From NCBI GenBank assembly GCA_043827405.1, contig JBDRPD010000022.1, forward strand, positions 9,169-73,168: a stretch of 64,000 nucleotides of DNA, given 5' to 3'. This DNA comes from Elusimicrobiota bacterium (lineage in GTDB: Bacteria > Elusimicrobiota > Elusimicrobia > UBA1565). Positions 18,846-28,200 of the stretch are shown one piece after another. Position numbers and translations under genes: made by a program. Below the pieces are notes generated by a model. That model did not search any database. It saw only the letters and a program-made list of their open reading frames with translations, and was not told the DNA's origin. Numbering within the stretch: position 1 is the stretch's first letter; every line of letters starts with the position of its first letter.

Positions 18846-18860
18846 AGGTGCCAGACATTA
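18846..18860 (+). promoter_or_regulatory. Copy of the RGGTGYCWGACWTT motif
   Basis: AGGTGCCAGACATTA matches 13/15 to the reverse complement of 42668-42682 (GGGTGTCAGACATTA); lies in an intergenic region. Confidence 0.45.
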
Positions 18861-18923
18861 TTATTGTCGTAGACAGCTGACAGTTCGGATCCTGATGGGC
18901 GTAAGCCTTGTGGGGGTGGCAGG

Positions 18924-19547
18924 ATGAACATACCAGCATACATCTGTTTTTCTCTGGCGGTCCTCGTGTTTCCCGGCGTTTCCCAAGCGGAAACTGCAGG
19001 TTTTTCCGATCTTAACCCCCAGTCCGTTCTGACAAACCTCAAATCTCGCACCCCGAAAATGCCCGGTATGGCTGCCGGACCGATCGCCGCCCCCACCGCC
19101 CAGGAAGGTCCGGGAACTCAGAGCGGACGTTTCGATTCCGCGCCCGATTGGGAACTGACCCCCGGCGTCCTCTGCACCAGAAGCGACAAGGATTTCAAAG
19201 AGTACCGCTACGCCGAGCGCATCCCCTACTGCCAGCGCAACGTGTCGACTGATGAGAAAAAGCTGGTCTCAAAATGGTACGGCGTGGAGTGGGAAGACCA
19301 CAGCGACTACCAGTACGACCACCTCCTGTCGCTCTGCCTCGGCGGCAGCAACGATCTGCGCAACATCTGGCCGATGCCCTGGGACGAAGCCCGCGCGAAG
19401 GCCAAGCTGGAGAACCAGCTCTGCCTGCGCCTGAAGGCCGGGGAGACCACGCAGCGGGCCGCGGTCGAAGAAGAGCTCGGCTGGTTCTCGGAGAACGCGC
19501 CGCACCTGCTCAAGCGCGTCAGAGCCCTGCTGCCGGTCGCGAACTAA
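18924..19547 (+). CDS. Secreted HNH/His-Me endonuclease-like protein
   Basis: Signal peptide; LTPG..C, YC.RNV, YQYDHLLSLCLGGSNDLRNIWP, K..LEN.L. DH...LGG.N...N is the HNH core. Confidence 0.65.
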   Translation: MNIPAYICFSLAVLVFPGVSQAETAGFSDLNPQSVLTNLKSRTPKMPGMAAGPIAAPTAQEGPGTQSGRFDSAPDWELTPGVLCTRSDKDFKEYRYAERIPYCQRNVSTDEKKLVSKWYGVEWEDHSDYQYDHLLSLCLGGSNDLRNIWPMPWDEARAKAKLENQLCLRLKAGETTQRAAVEEELGWFSENAPHLLKRVRALLPVAN

Positions 19548-20524
19548 TCCGGCCGGCAGATTTCCCGCGCGAGTTCCCGCGCCACGAATATCTTCCCCTT
19601 TTCCATCAGATGCTCGTTGGGATATCTATCCTCTTCCCAATCGAAAACGGGATGCGGCAGGCTGCGGGACAAATCCAAAAACCTCACGCGCTCCGGCTCA
19701 AGCAGTTGCCGGATAAGAGCGACGTTTTCGCTTATTCTGCCTGAGAATTCTTTCCCCATATATTCCGCGCCGAATTCATGGTCGATCGGCGTGATATAGA
19801 AAAAGGGGATGATATTGTTCCCCTTCAGCAGCCTCGCGAGCCGAAGCATCGCCGCGAGCTTGGCGTGCTCTGGCGTGAGCTCGTACATGTAGTGGTAGAT
19901 GAGCTTTTCTCGCAGCTTCTCATCGGTCACCGCGCGATAGCGTTCCTTATCCTCAAAATAGCTCACTGTTCCGACCGACCTCGCTCCGTTGCGCACCGGT
20001 GTGTCGTTGAATTCCGCTTCCGTAACAGGCACAAGCCTGAAGGCCTGGAAAACAGCGAGCGGCTTATAGAAGACCCGGTAAAAAAAGTGATTGTGCGTAA
20101 TGATGAACTTTTCTACCGGAAACTGATAGCCGGGGTTTTTGTCCCAGGCCGGTGAAAACGATCTTAGGTTTATGGGGATGACGACCACCTTGATCTTCAC
20201 CCCTGCGTCGATAAAATATTTCGCCAAGTAGTAGAACATGTCCATATGGTAGGCGGGCGCATACCGATGCAGCATGGACGGACCCCGGCACAGGTCGTAA
20301 AACATCATACTGATGGGCTTTTTGTTTTTGTCGTTGGCGTTGAAGCTGCCGTTGGCGCTGTCGCCGAAAAACACGATGTCGAGGCTGCGCGGGAGGTCTC
20401 CGGCATACATATGAAGATGCGTATTGAAAAACCGCCGGTCTCCCCCCCGCAGGAAATAGAGCGTGACCTGAAGGATGACGATAAGGACGCTGAAGCAGAT
20501 CGCTTTAAATATTATTCTCTTCAC
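19544..20524 (-). CDS. SGNH/DltD-like membrane-anchored protein, probable partner of the MBOAT
   Basis: N-terminal TM, IVFFGDS, INLRSFS, FLDLS, NEHLMEKG; directly downstream of the MBOAT gene. Confidence 0.7.
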   Translation of the reverse strand: MKRIIFKAICFSVLIVILQVTLYFLRGGDRRFFNTHLHMYAGDLPRSLDIVFFGDSANGSFNANDKNKKPISMMFYDLCRGPSMLHRYAPAYHMDMFYYLAKYFIDAGVKIKVVVIPINLRSFSPAWDKNPGYQFPVEKFIITHNHFFYRVFYKPLAVFQAFRLVPVTEAEFNDTPVRNGARSVGTVSYFEDKERYRAVTDEKLREKLIYHYMYELTPEHAKLAAMLRLARLLKGNNIIPFFYITPIDHEFGAEYMGKEFSGRISENVALIRQLLEPERVRFLDLSRSLPHPVFDWEEDRYPNEHLMEKGKIFVARELAREICRPD

Positions 20525-20537
20525 GCAGATTATCCGG

Positions 20538-21995
20538 CTAGAATTGGAAATAAATAAACGGCGTTTCTTTTACGATCCCCCAGTTCAACAAGATAATCGC
20601 CGCCAAGGCATATCCCGACCACCTCACATATATCGGCTGCCGGGCGAAGATTTCCTTCAGGCTCATGCGCGCCTGGAAAAAGTGGATGGTTTCCAAAAAG
20701 AATATAGCGAGCAGGGCGATCTTAAACTCCGCCGCGCTCTGTCCCAGAATCAGACCGTCGCTCATAATTCGGCTGCCTGCGGCGGTGAATTGAAAAAGGT
20801 TCGTCGCGACATGGACGGCGTCATTGATATTATTGGCCCGGAAGAAAATCCAGGCGAAGTTGACCGCGGCGAACGTAATGGCGATGTTCATTAATCGCAG
20901 CACGGAAGGATATCGCTCCAGCCCTGCCGCCCGGGAAAATCTCATTCGTACCGCCGAAGTCAGGTTGGAGATGACGATGAATATCCCATGCAGGGCGCCC
21001 CAGGCCAGGAAGTTCCAACGCGCGCCATGCCACAAGCCGCTGATCAAGAAAGTGATGAAGAGATTCAGCTGCCATCTCCATATTTGGGTCCGGCTCCCGC
21101 CCAAAGGGATATATAGATAGTCTTTAAACCACGTCGAGAGCGAAATATGCCACCGCTGCCAGAAATCCCGTATCGAGCGGGCATGATAAGGCCGGCGAAA
21201 ATTCAGCATCAAACGGATCCCCAGAATCCGCGCCGATCCGATCGCGATATCCGAATAGCCGGAAAAATCGCAGTAAATCTGAAAGGCGAAAAAGACCGTG
21301 GCCAACAGCAAGGGCGGACCGGAGAATTTGCCGGGATCTCCGTATACGTGGTCGACAAAGAGAGCCAGCCGGTCGGCGATGACGACCTTTTTGATTAGAC
21401 CCCATAGGACTAATTTCATCCCCTCCGTTATTCGCGCATAATCGACGACATGCTCTTTTTTGAATTGATGGATCAGATTCGCGGCTCTTTCGATCGGGCC
21501 GGCCACCAACTGCGGGAAAAATGCGACGTACAGCGCGTAATAGCCCAGGTGCTTTTCGGGCTTGATCGTCCCGCGATAGACATCGATTGAATAGCCCATG
21601 GTCTGGAAAGTAAAAAAGGATATGCCGATCGGCAGGAGGAGGCTCGATCGAGAGGGCGAATACGAATAATCAAACAAGGCGAGGAGCTGCGCAACAGCCT
21701 CCTGGAAGAAATCGTAATACTTGAAGGCAAATAGAAGTCCCAGATTGACCGCGATGCTCAATATCAAGAGGCTCCTGCGGGTATTTTTGCTCTCGGCTTT
21801 GCCCAGCATAATGCCGGCCGAATAGTCGATGAGGGTCGATATGACGATGAGCAGCAGATAGGCCGGCTCCCAGTACATGTAGAAGAAGTAGCTCGCCAGC
21901 AGCAGGAAGATCCAGCGCGCCCTCTGGGGCAAAGAGAAGTTGACCAATACGACGGTCGGCAGGAAGATGAAAAAGGCGATCGAGTTAAATGACAT
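20538..21995 (-). CDS. MBOAT family O-acyltransferase (AlgI/DltB-like)
   Basis: LPIGISFFTFQ, FFPQLVAGPIERA, QIYCDFSGYSDIAIG, FWQRWHISLSTWFKDYLYIPLGGSR, SGLWHGA, FIYFQF. Confidence 0.95.
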   Translation of the reverse strand: MSFNSIAFFIFLPTVVLVNFSLPQRARWIFLLLASYFFYMYWEPAYLLLIVISTLIDYSAGIMLGKAESKNTRRSLLILSIAVNLGLLFAFKYYDFFQEAVAQLLALFDYSYSPSRSSLLLPIGISFFTFQTMGYSIDVYRGTIKPEKHLGYYALYVAFFPQLVAGPIERAANLIHQFKKEHVVDYARITEGMKLVLWGLIKKVVIADRLALFVDHVYGDPGKFSGPPLLLATVFFAFQIYCDFSGYSDIAIGSARILGIRLMLNFRRPYHARSIRDFWQRWHISLSTWFKDYLYIPLGGSRTQIWRWQLNLFITFLISGLWHGARWNFLAWGALHGIFIVISNLTSAVRMRFSRAAGLERYPSVLRLMNIAITFAAVNFAWIFFRANNINDAVHVATNLFQFTAAGSRIMSDGLILGQSAAEFKIALLAIFFLETIHFFQARMSLKEIFARQPIYVRWSGYALAAIILLNWGIVKETPFIYFQF

Positions 21996-22100
21996 GCTCT
22001 TGGCGGCTTGCCGCCTTGACTAGAGATTAGCTAACGCGGCGGAAATGCGCCAGGGGGCGCCCAGCGATGCGAAGCGGCATATGCTAAAATCGATCCGCGA

Positions 22101-22322
22101 ATGAACCGATCAACCGATCAGATGCAGTTGGAGATGCTTCGTCGCATGTCTCCGGATCAAAAACTCGCGTTGGCCGCCCAGTTGCGGGAGGCCAACCTCG
22201 CGCTGCTGGCCGCCGGCATACGGGCTCGATCGGGCGATCTCCCGGCCGAAGAACTGCGGCTCGAGATGCTGAAAGCGATCCTCCCCAAGCGGCTTTTCGA
22301 AGCCGGTTACCCACGCCCTTGA
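22101..22322 (+). CDS. Putative antitoxin, Rv0078B/MenA1-like
   Basis: 73 aa, Q..MLRRMSPDQKL.LA.QL...AGIRAR pattern; overlaps the downstream NTase by 4 nt; TG-C-TAAAAT at 22082-22090. Confidence 0.6.
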   Translation: MNRSTDQMQLEMLRRMSPDQKLALAAQLREANLALLAAGIRARSGDLPAEELRLEMLKAILPKRLFEAGYPRP

Positions 22323-22861
22323 CCCAAGAAGAGATCCTTCGGGACGCGCTGCGCCTGCTCGGCAGGCTCGGCATCGAGTACATGCTGACCGGCTCCTTCG
22401 CATCCAACGTCCATGGGCGGGTCAGGTCCACCTTCGACGCCGACATCGTGGTGGTTCTCAAGCCCGCGCAATTGAAAATGCTGATTGATTCGCTCGGAGC
22501 GGACTATTACGTCGACAATGTGACGCTCCCCGAGGTCCAAGAGTCTGGCGGGAAGCTCAACTCCCTGCACCGGCCGAGCGGGCTGAAGATCGACTTCTTC
22601 CTGGCAAGGACGGCGCGGGATCGCGAGGCGCTCGCGCGGCGCCGGACGATCCAGTTCGGCGGCGCCGAGATCGCCGTCATCGCTCCCGAGGATTTGATCC
22701 TCGCGAAGCTCCTCTGGGCCAAGGAGGGCGGCTCTGCCCGGCAGGTCGAGGACGCGCGCGGCATCGCCGAGGTCATGCGCGCCGAGCTTGATATGGAGTA
22801 TCTTGGGCTCAAGGCTCGTGAAAATGGTCTTGAGAACATCCTCGCGCAGATTCTGCGGTAG
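22319..22861 (+). CDS. Nucleotidyltransferase (DUF1814/DUF6036-like; putative MenT1-like toxin)
   Basis: YMLTGSFASNVHGRVRSTFDADIV (GS...RxTxDxD), KIDFF, PEDLILAKL, RQVED. Confidence 0.8.
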   Translation: MTQEEILRDALRLLGRLGIEYMLTGSFASNVHGRVRSTFDADIVVVLKPAQLKMLIDSLGADYYVDNVTLPEVQESGGKLNSLHRPSGLKIDFFLARTARDREALARRRTIQFGGAEIAVIAPEDLILAKLLWAKEGGSARQVEDARGIAEVMRAELDMEYLGLKARENGLENILAQILR

Positions 22862-23028
22862 AGGAAATTCCTTTTGTAGAACTTCTCTGCTTTTCGCCGA
22901 ATTACGCCCTTGACCTAGCTCGCGCGGCGTGATCGCGCCAGGTGGCGGCTTAAGATCGGCGGGAAGGGATGGCGGCGGTGGGACCAAGATACATAACACT
23001 AATTATCTTGGGACTGGCAGCCGGCCGG

Positions 23029-23679
23029 CTAGGCGCTGGAGCGCAAGGCCGCGCGCAGGTCGATCCCGTGCTTGAGCAGGAGCAGGGGAAGCATGAGGGC
23101 CCAGGCGCTTTCCGGACCCGTGACTGCGGCCGCGCCGATGCCCGTGGTCAGGATGACGACCGCCAGCAGAGTGACGCCGACGGAGTTATAGAGAAGATTC
23201 ATCTTCAGCGGCTGCGAGAAATCGATCGCGATTTCCCTAAGGTGAACGTTCTCCGCGGCATAGACGAACGTGATCCAGAGGGCGAGCGCGAGCTCCCGGA
23301 CAAAGACGTTCCAGGAGAAATCCATGCTGCCGTTGTCGACGTGCACGAGTATGAAGGTGAAGAAGGCGAGGCCGCCCAGCAGCACGCCGTAGTCTCCCAG
23401 GCGGGACGGGATGTCCTCCTGCCGCATTGACCCCTCGGCCCACTTTATTTCGGCCGCCGTCGGGCGTCTCGCATAGCGCTGAATCCTCGCGCGCAGGGCC
23501 GGCAGCATCTTCCCATTCGAGATGCGAAGCATCGCATCGACCAGATAAAGCCGCACGAAGGTGCTCAGGATGAACGCGAACAGCAGTACTCGCGGATTGT
23601 CGTCACCGAGCGCGAGGGCGAATACCACGAGAGTGAGCGCCAGCAGGTGGCCGGAAACCGGCTTCATGGAGACCTTCAT
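23029..23679 (-). CDS. Hypothetical integral membrane protein
   Basis: About six hydrophobic helices; start placed at ATG 23679 (MKVSMK). Confidence 0.6.
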   Translation of the reverse strand: MKVSMKPVSGHLLALTLVVFALALGDDNPRVLLFAFILSTFVRLYLVDAMLRISNGKMLPALRARIQRYARRPTAAEIKWAEGSMRQEDIPSRLGDYGVLLGGLAFFTFILVHVDNGSMDFSWNVFVRELALALWITFVYAAENVHLREIAIDFSQPLKMNLLYNSVGVTLLAVVILTTGIGAAAVTGPESAWALMLPLLLLKHGIDLRAALRSSA

Positions 23680-23776
23680 AGAAGCATACCCCGCGCGGCG
23701 GGAACATGCCAGGGTGCGGACGCAAAAAAGCCTTGCCCCCGCGAAATGCGCACCATATACTGTAGTTAAGGGTATT

Positions 23777-25267
23777 ATGAAGAAGCCGTTCGGCAAGCGC
23801 GACATGCGCAGAAAACGCCGCCAGGACAAGGAACGCAAGGGCGGCGCCATCCCCGGACCGGTCAGTACGGCCCCCTCTCAGGTCGGCGTCCGGCTGGCCC
23901 CAGCGGCCGGCGCGGCCTCCTCCGGCGGTTCTCAGCTATCGGCATGGAATACTTTTGCCGGTGCCTTTGCCCGCGCCACCGGGCTCAGCGGCCAATCCGC
24001 CACCGCCGCCCGCATGGCGCTGGTCGTCATCGCCGTGACCACCGGCGCCGTTTCCATCTACCTGAGCCGGCCGCGGCCGTCGGCGCCCCTGCGCCAAGGC
24101 CGGCACATCTTCGCCCCCAAGCCCGCATCCCCGTTCGACGCGCGCGTCGAATCGGAGCCCGCGCCGCTCACTCCCGCCCAACGGGTCGCGAGCGGCTCCT
24201 CACTGGACTACTTCGCGGACGCCAACCCCATCGATGCCGTCGCCGGAACCGCTCCCGCCGCGGCGGAAGAGGAAACCGGGGAGGCGCGGGAAGCGCCGGC
24301 GGCCGATGACGCCGCCGACAAAGAGCCCGCCGGCGACGCGCCGGCGGCGTCTAAGCCGCCCGCGGATAAGCCCCGTCTCATCGCCTCCAGCAAGATCGGC
24401 ACCGGCGGCGGCCAGCTTACCTCCAATGTCGCGCTGAAGACCCTGCAGGACATGAAAAGCCATGGCGGGGACTTCGCGGAAATATACAAGAAACCCGGAG
24501 CGGCCTCCGGCGAAAAGGCTGGAAAACGCACCTTGCTTGCCGCCAGCCGAAGAACGGCCGGCGCCTCCGGCAGCAATGCCTACGGTCAGGCGAAGTTCGC
24601 CAATCGCATGAGCGGCCAGGCGGCGAAGTCCGCGGCATCCAACTCCGCGGCCGCCTACGCCTCACAGCCTTTCGACGGCGCCAATACGCTCGGCGGCAGC
24701 GGCGCCGCGACGGGCGAGGGCGCGGCGCTCGGCGGCGCCGGGGTCGAGACCGGCGCCAGCAGCATCAAGGACACCAAGGAGATCGAGGAGCCGCCCAAGC
24801 CCGAAGACGTGAAGACGCCGCAGAACCAAACGCCCTATCAGGGCATGCTGATCGCGGCCACCGCGGCGCTCATGATCGGCCTGCTGCTGCTCAAGCTCGC
24901 GGGCGAGCTCATCAATCAGGCCAAGGCCGATCCCACCGGGGTGGGCGCCGCGGCCAAGCTCGCCCAAGGCAAGATGCTGGCCATGGCCGCCATGGCGGCG
25001 GGCGGCGCGGCGGCCGGGCTCGGCGGCATGATCGCCGGACAATTCGGCCAGCTGACGCAGGCGATACCCTTCATCCTCGGCGGCGGCGCGCTCGCGGCCG
25101 AGGCGGGTATGGTCATCATCAAGGCCGACCAGGCGGGAAAGGACGCCGGCGACAAGATTAACGACGGTGCCGGACAGGCCGGCGGCTTGACCAGCCAAGC
25201 GCTCTCGCCCGATAGGGCCAGCCAGAACAACCTTGAACCGGAAAGGAAGCTGAAGGGAAGCGGCTAG
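23777..25267 (+). CDS. Gly/Ala-rich membrane protein of the KKG-leader/TPY-tail family (detached paralog)
   Basis: KERKGGA leader, one TM, SLDYFADAN, KPRLIASS, AYGQAKFAN, QTPYQ followed by hydrophobic Gly-rich helices. Shares these motifs with the genes at 59.5-64 kb. Confidence 0.8.
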   Translation: MKKPFGKRDMRRKRRQDKERKGGAIPGPVSTAPSQVGVRLAPAAGAASSGGSQLSAWNTFAGAFARATGLSGQSATAARMALVVIAVTTGAVSIYLSRPRPSAPLRQGRHIFAPKPASPFDARVESEPAPLTPAQRVASGSSLDYFADANPIDAVAGTAPAAAEEETGEAREAPAADDAADKEPAGDAPAASKPPADKPRLIASSKIGTGGGQLTSNVALKTLQDMKSHGGDFAEIYKKPGAASGEKAGKRTLLAASRRTAGASGSNAYGQAKFANRMSGQAAKSAASNSAAAYASQPFDGANTLGGSGAATGEGAALGGAGVETGASSIKDTKEIEEPPKPEDVKTPQNQTPYQGMLIAATAALMIGLLLLKLAGELINQAKADPTGVGAAAKLAQGKMLAMAAMAAGGAAAGLGGMIAGQFGQLTQAIPFILGGGALAAEAGMVIIKADQAGKDAGDKINDGAGQAGGLTSQALSPDRASQNNLEPERKLKGSG

Positions 25268-28200
25268 CTGAGCGCCGGAGCCGGCGGCGGCGGCGATGAC
25301 TGCCGCATCCGGCGCCGCGTCAGCCACTCCCATACCGCCGCCAGAATCGACAAGAGCAGCGAGCCGAAAAGCACCCACGGCCACCACTTGGTCGGGTCGC
25401 CGGGCCGGCTGGGATCGTTCCCCTCTTGCTCTTCGCGGCGGCGCTCGAGCTCAGCGAGATACTTGCGCAGGCGGCCCAGCTCGTCGCGGATCGCTCCGAT
25501 CTCCTTGTCGAGCCCGGCGATGGCCCGCTCAATCGCCCGCTGGCGGCCGACCTTCCAGGCGAGGTCCTGGATCTCGTCCCACAGCTTGCGCTCCTCGGCG
25601 CCCACCGCGCGGCGCCGGCCGATGCCGTCGCGCAGCTCCCGCTCCGCCGCGGCCAGGACCTGCTCAAGGCCGGCGCGGGAGCCGCGCTGGTTTCGCAGGT
25701 CGTCGCTCAGCCGGTCCGGCAGCGCGGAGAGCTCGGACTCGATCTTTCCGTACTGGCCGGCGCCCGGCCGGATCTGGACGTTTCGTTCAATGCGGTCGAC
25801 CTCGATATGCCCCGGAATGCCGCCGATGCGCACCCGGCCGCTGCCGTCCGAGTTCGGATGCGAGCCGATCATCGGATCATCGAGGGCGTCTTCCAGCGCG
25901 TCGCGGCCGTAGCTCTCCTTGACCCGCGAGGTGATGACGGAACGGTCCCGGCCGCGCCGCGTCTCGAGCCATACGTCCTCGAGCCCGCCCTCGAAGTAGG
26001 AGCGCACGCGCTTGCCGGCGTTGACCAGATCCTCGAGCTCATAGACCATGGTCCGCTCCACATATTTGCGCCCGTAGTGGATGTCCTTCTTGCCGGCGCG
26101 CGAATCCTTGTCGTAGATGTTCTCGCCCGGCTTGATGGGAGAATCGATGCCCACCTGCTGGGGGAACTGGCTGGCGTCGAAGTACCAGTCCACCGGGTCG
26201 GGCATCAGATCGAGGAAGTCGATGAAGCCCACCGCGCGGCGGAAGAAGCCGTGATGGTTGGTGGCGCCGCCCTCGATCTTCTGCATATGGACGCGGCCCA
26301 GGTAGTTGTGCTGGTTCGGGTCGCGGCCGGTCAGCAGCTCCATCGGCGTGCCGAGCACGCCGCGCGGGATCTCCATGAGCAGGCTGCCCCAGTTCCACGG
26401 GCTGTAGGCCCAGCTTTCAACCCCCGCCTTCTCGCGCCCCGAATCGACGAGCCGCGAGATCATATAGCGGCGGTTGAGCATGACCGGAAGCTTGCTCTCC
26501 GGGTCGACGTAGTAGCGCAGGCGGTAGTTCGGATCGACCGTCTTGCCGTCGCCGCGCTCGCGCACGATGCGGTCATGCGCCTGCTGCGGATCCTCATGGG
26601 AGAGGACGATCATTTGATCCGCCAGCGCCCAGTCCTCGCCCGCCTTCTCGACGGCTTCCGGGTCCAGGTAGATCTTGACCAAAGTCTGGTCGGTGTCCAT
26701 CACCGCCGCGAATATCTCCCCCCGCACCGTCCGGGTCTTGCCCTGCGCGGCGCCGAGCCCGACGCTCAGCTCCTGTTCGCCGAAGACCGGCTTGGCGGCG
26801 ACGCGAACCAGGGAATTGCGCTCATCGACCGTGATCGACGTATCGCGCGTGACGTAGAGGCGCCACTGCTGCACGCCCGAGAGCTTCTTCGCCTCGCCCG
26901 GAATCGACAGCTTGTCCGGCCGGACGGGATCGATCTCTTCCGGAACGCCCGCCCGGCGCAGCGCTTCCAGATAGGCCTGGCCCTGCGCTTCCCACTGTCC
27001 GCCCCGCGCCATAAGCAGCCCCGTCTGCGTCAGATCCTCGAGCGCCTGGTCGAACTTCCGGTACTTGTCGCGGAAATCCTGATGCAGCTTATTGAACTTG
27101 TCGAGCTCTTTGGCATGCGCCTGCTGCGCGTCGATGAACCCGTCATCCTTAACGGTGCGGGCGTTGAGCTCGGCCTTAAAGCGCGAGGCGAAGTCTTCGG
27201 CCGGCTCGCCCGCCCGCCGCGTATAGCTCCCCCGCATCTCCCGCTCGATACGGTCGCGGACCGTCTTCTGCACCTGCTGGTACTGCGCATGCTCGGCGTC
27301 GAGCCGCTCCTTCTGCGCGTCCATTTTGCCGCGCGCGGCGTCCTCCGCGGACTTGGCCGCCTCGACTACCCCGCGCGTCTCGGCGAAGATGCGCACGGAT
27401 TCCTGCAGCGACCGCACCGCCTCGTTGAAGTCATCCTGCGTCAGATACATCGCGGCGGGCTCGGCGCCCTGCTCGACCGCGAAGCCGTAGCTCTGCAGCT
27501 TGACGCCCATCCAGCCCCGGCGCTGCGAGCGGACCTTATGCTCGCGGGCGTACTCGATCATCTTCTCGACGCCCTTGGGGCCCGCCTCAAGGAAATGGAA
27601 ATATTCGGCCTCACGCCGGTCCGCGGCGCTGTCCGACAGCCGCAGGCGCTTGACATGATCGTAGAGGCTCTCAATGGTGGGGAAGCGGTCGCGCGAGTAG
27701 CTTTCCCCGCCGGTATAGAGCACCGTCTCCGTGTTCGCCGGGTCCGACCACAGAGCCTTGAGCGGGTGCCGCGCGGGGTGCAGCTCGTAGCGCCCGCTGT
27801 CGCGCGTAAAGCTGAACATGGCTCCCTTGACGGCGACCGCGAGGGCTTCCTCGTAGCTGAAGGCCCGGACCCCAGCGCCGTCGAGCCGCACCAGCGCGAA
27901 CTCGCTGGTCGCGAAAAGCTTATGCAGCTGCAGCCGTACCGTATTGCCGTCCAGGGCGCGGCGCGCGCTGCTGCTCTTGCCGAGCGCGGAGTCGACGCCG
28001 CCGATCACTTCCAGCCGCCGCTTGCCGTCGAGCAGCCACATGCGGCCGTCCGCATCCTTATGGATCTGCTTGGCTTCCAGCAGCCGGTTGACGTCTTCCT
28101 GGGTGAACCAGCCCTGTGTGGTCCACAGCCGCCGGTCGCCGACGACTTCGGTCACGGCGTAGAGCGGGGACAGCTCCCCGGGATCGCGCGCCAGCCAGCG

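Noticed and set aside
22307..22999. 230-aa minus-strand ORF
   Set aside because: Antisense to the nucleotidyltransferase, which has clear family motifs.
22862..23028. Possible small RNA after the TA pair
   Set aside because: No recognisable family or convincing terminator; would need an Infernal search.
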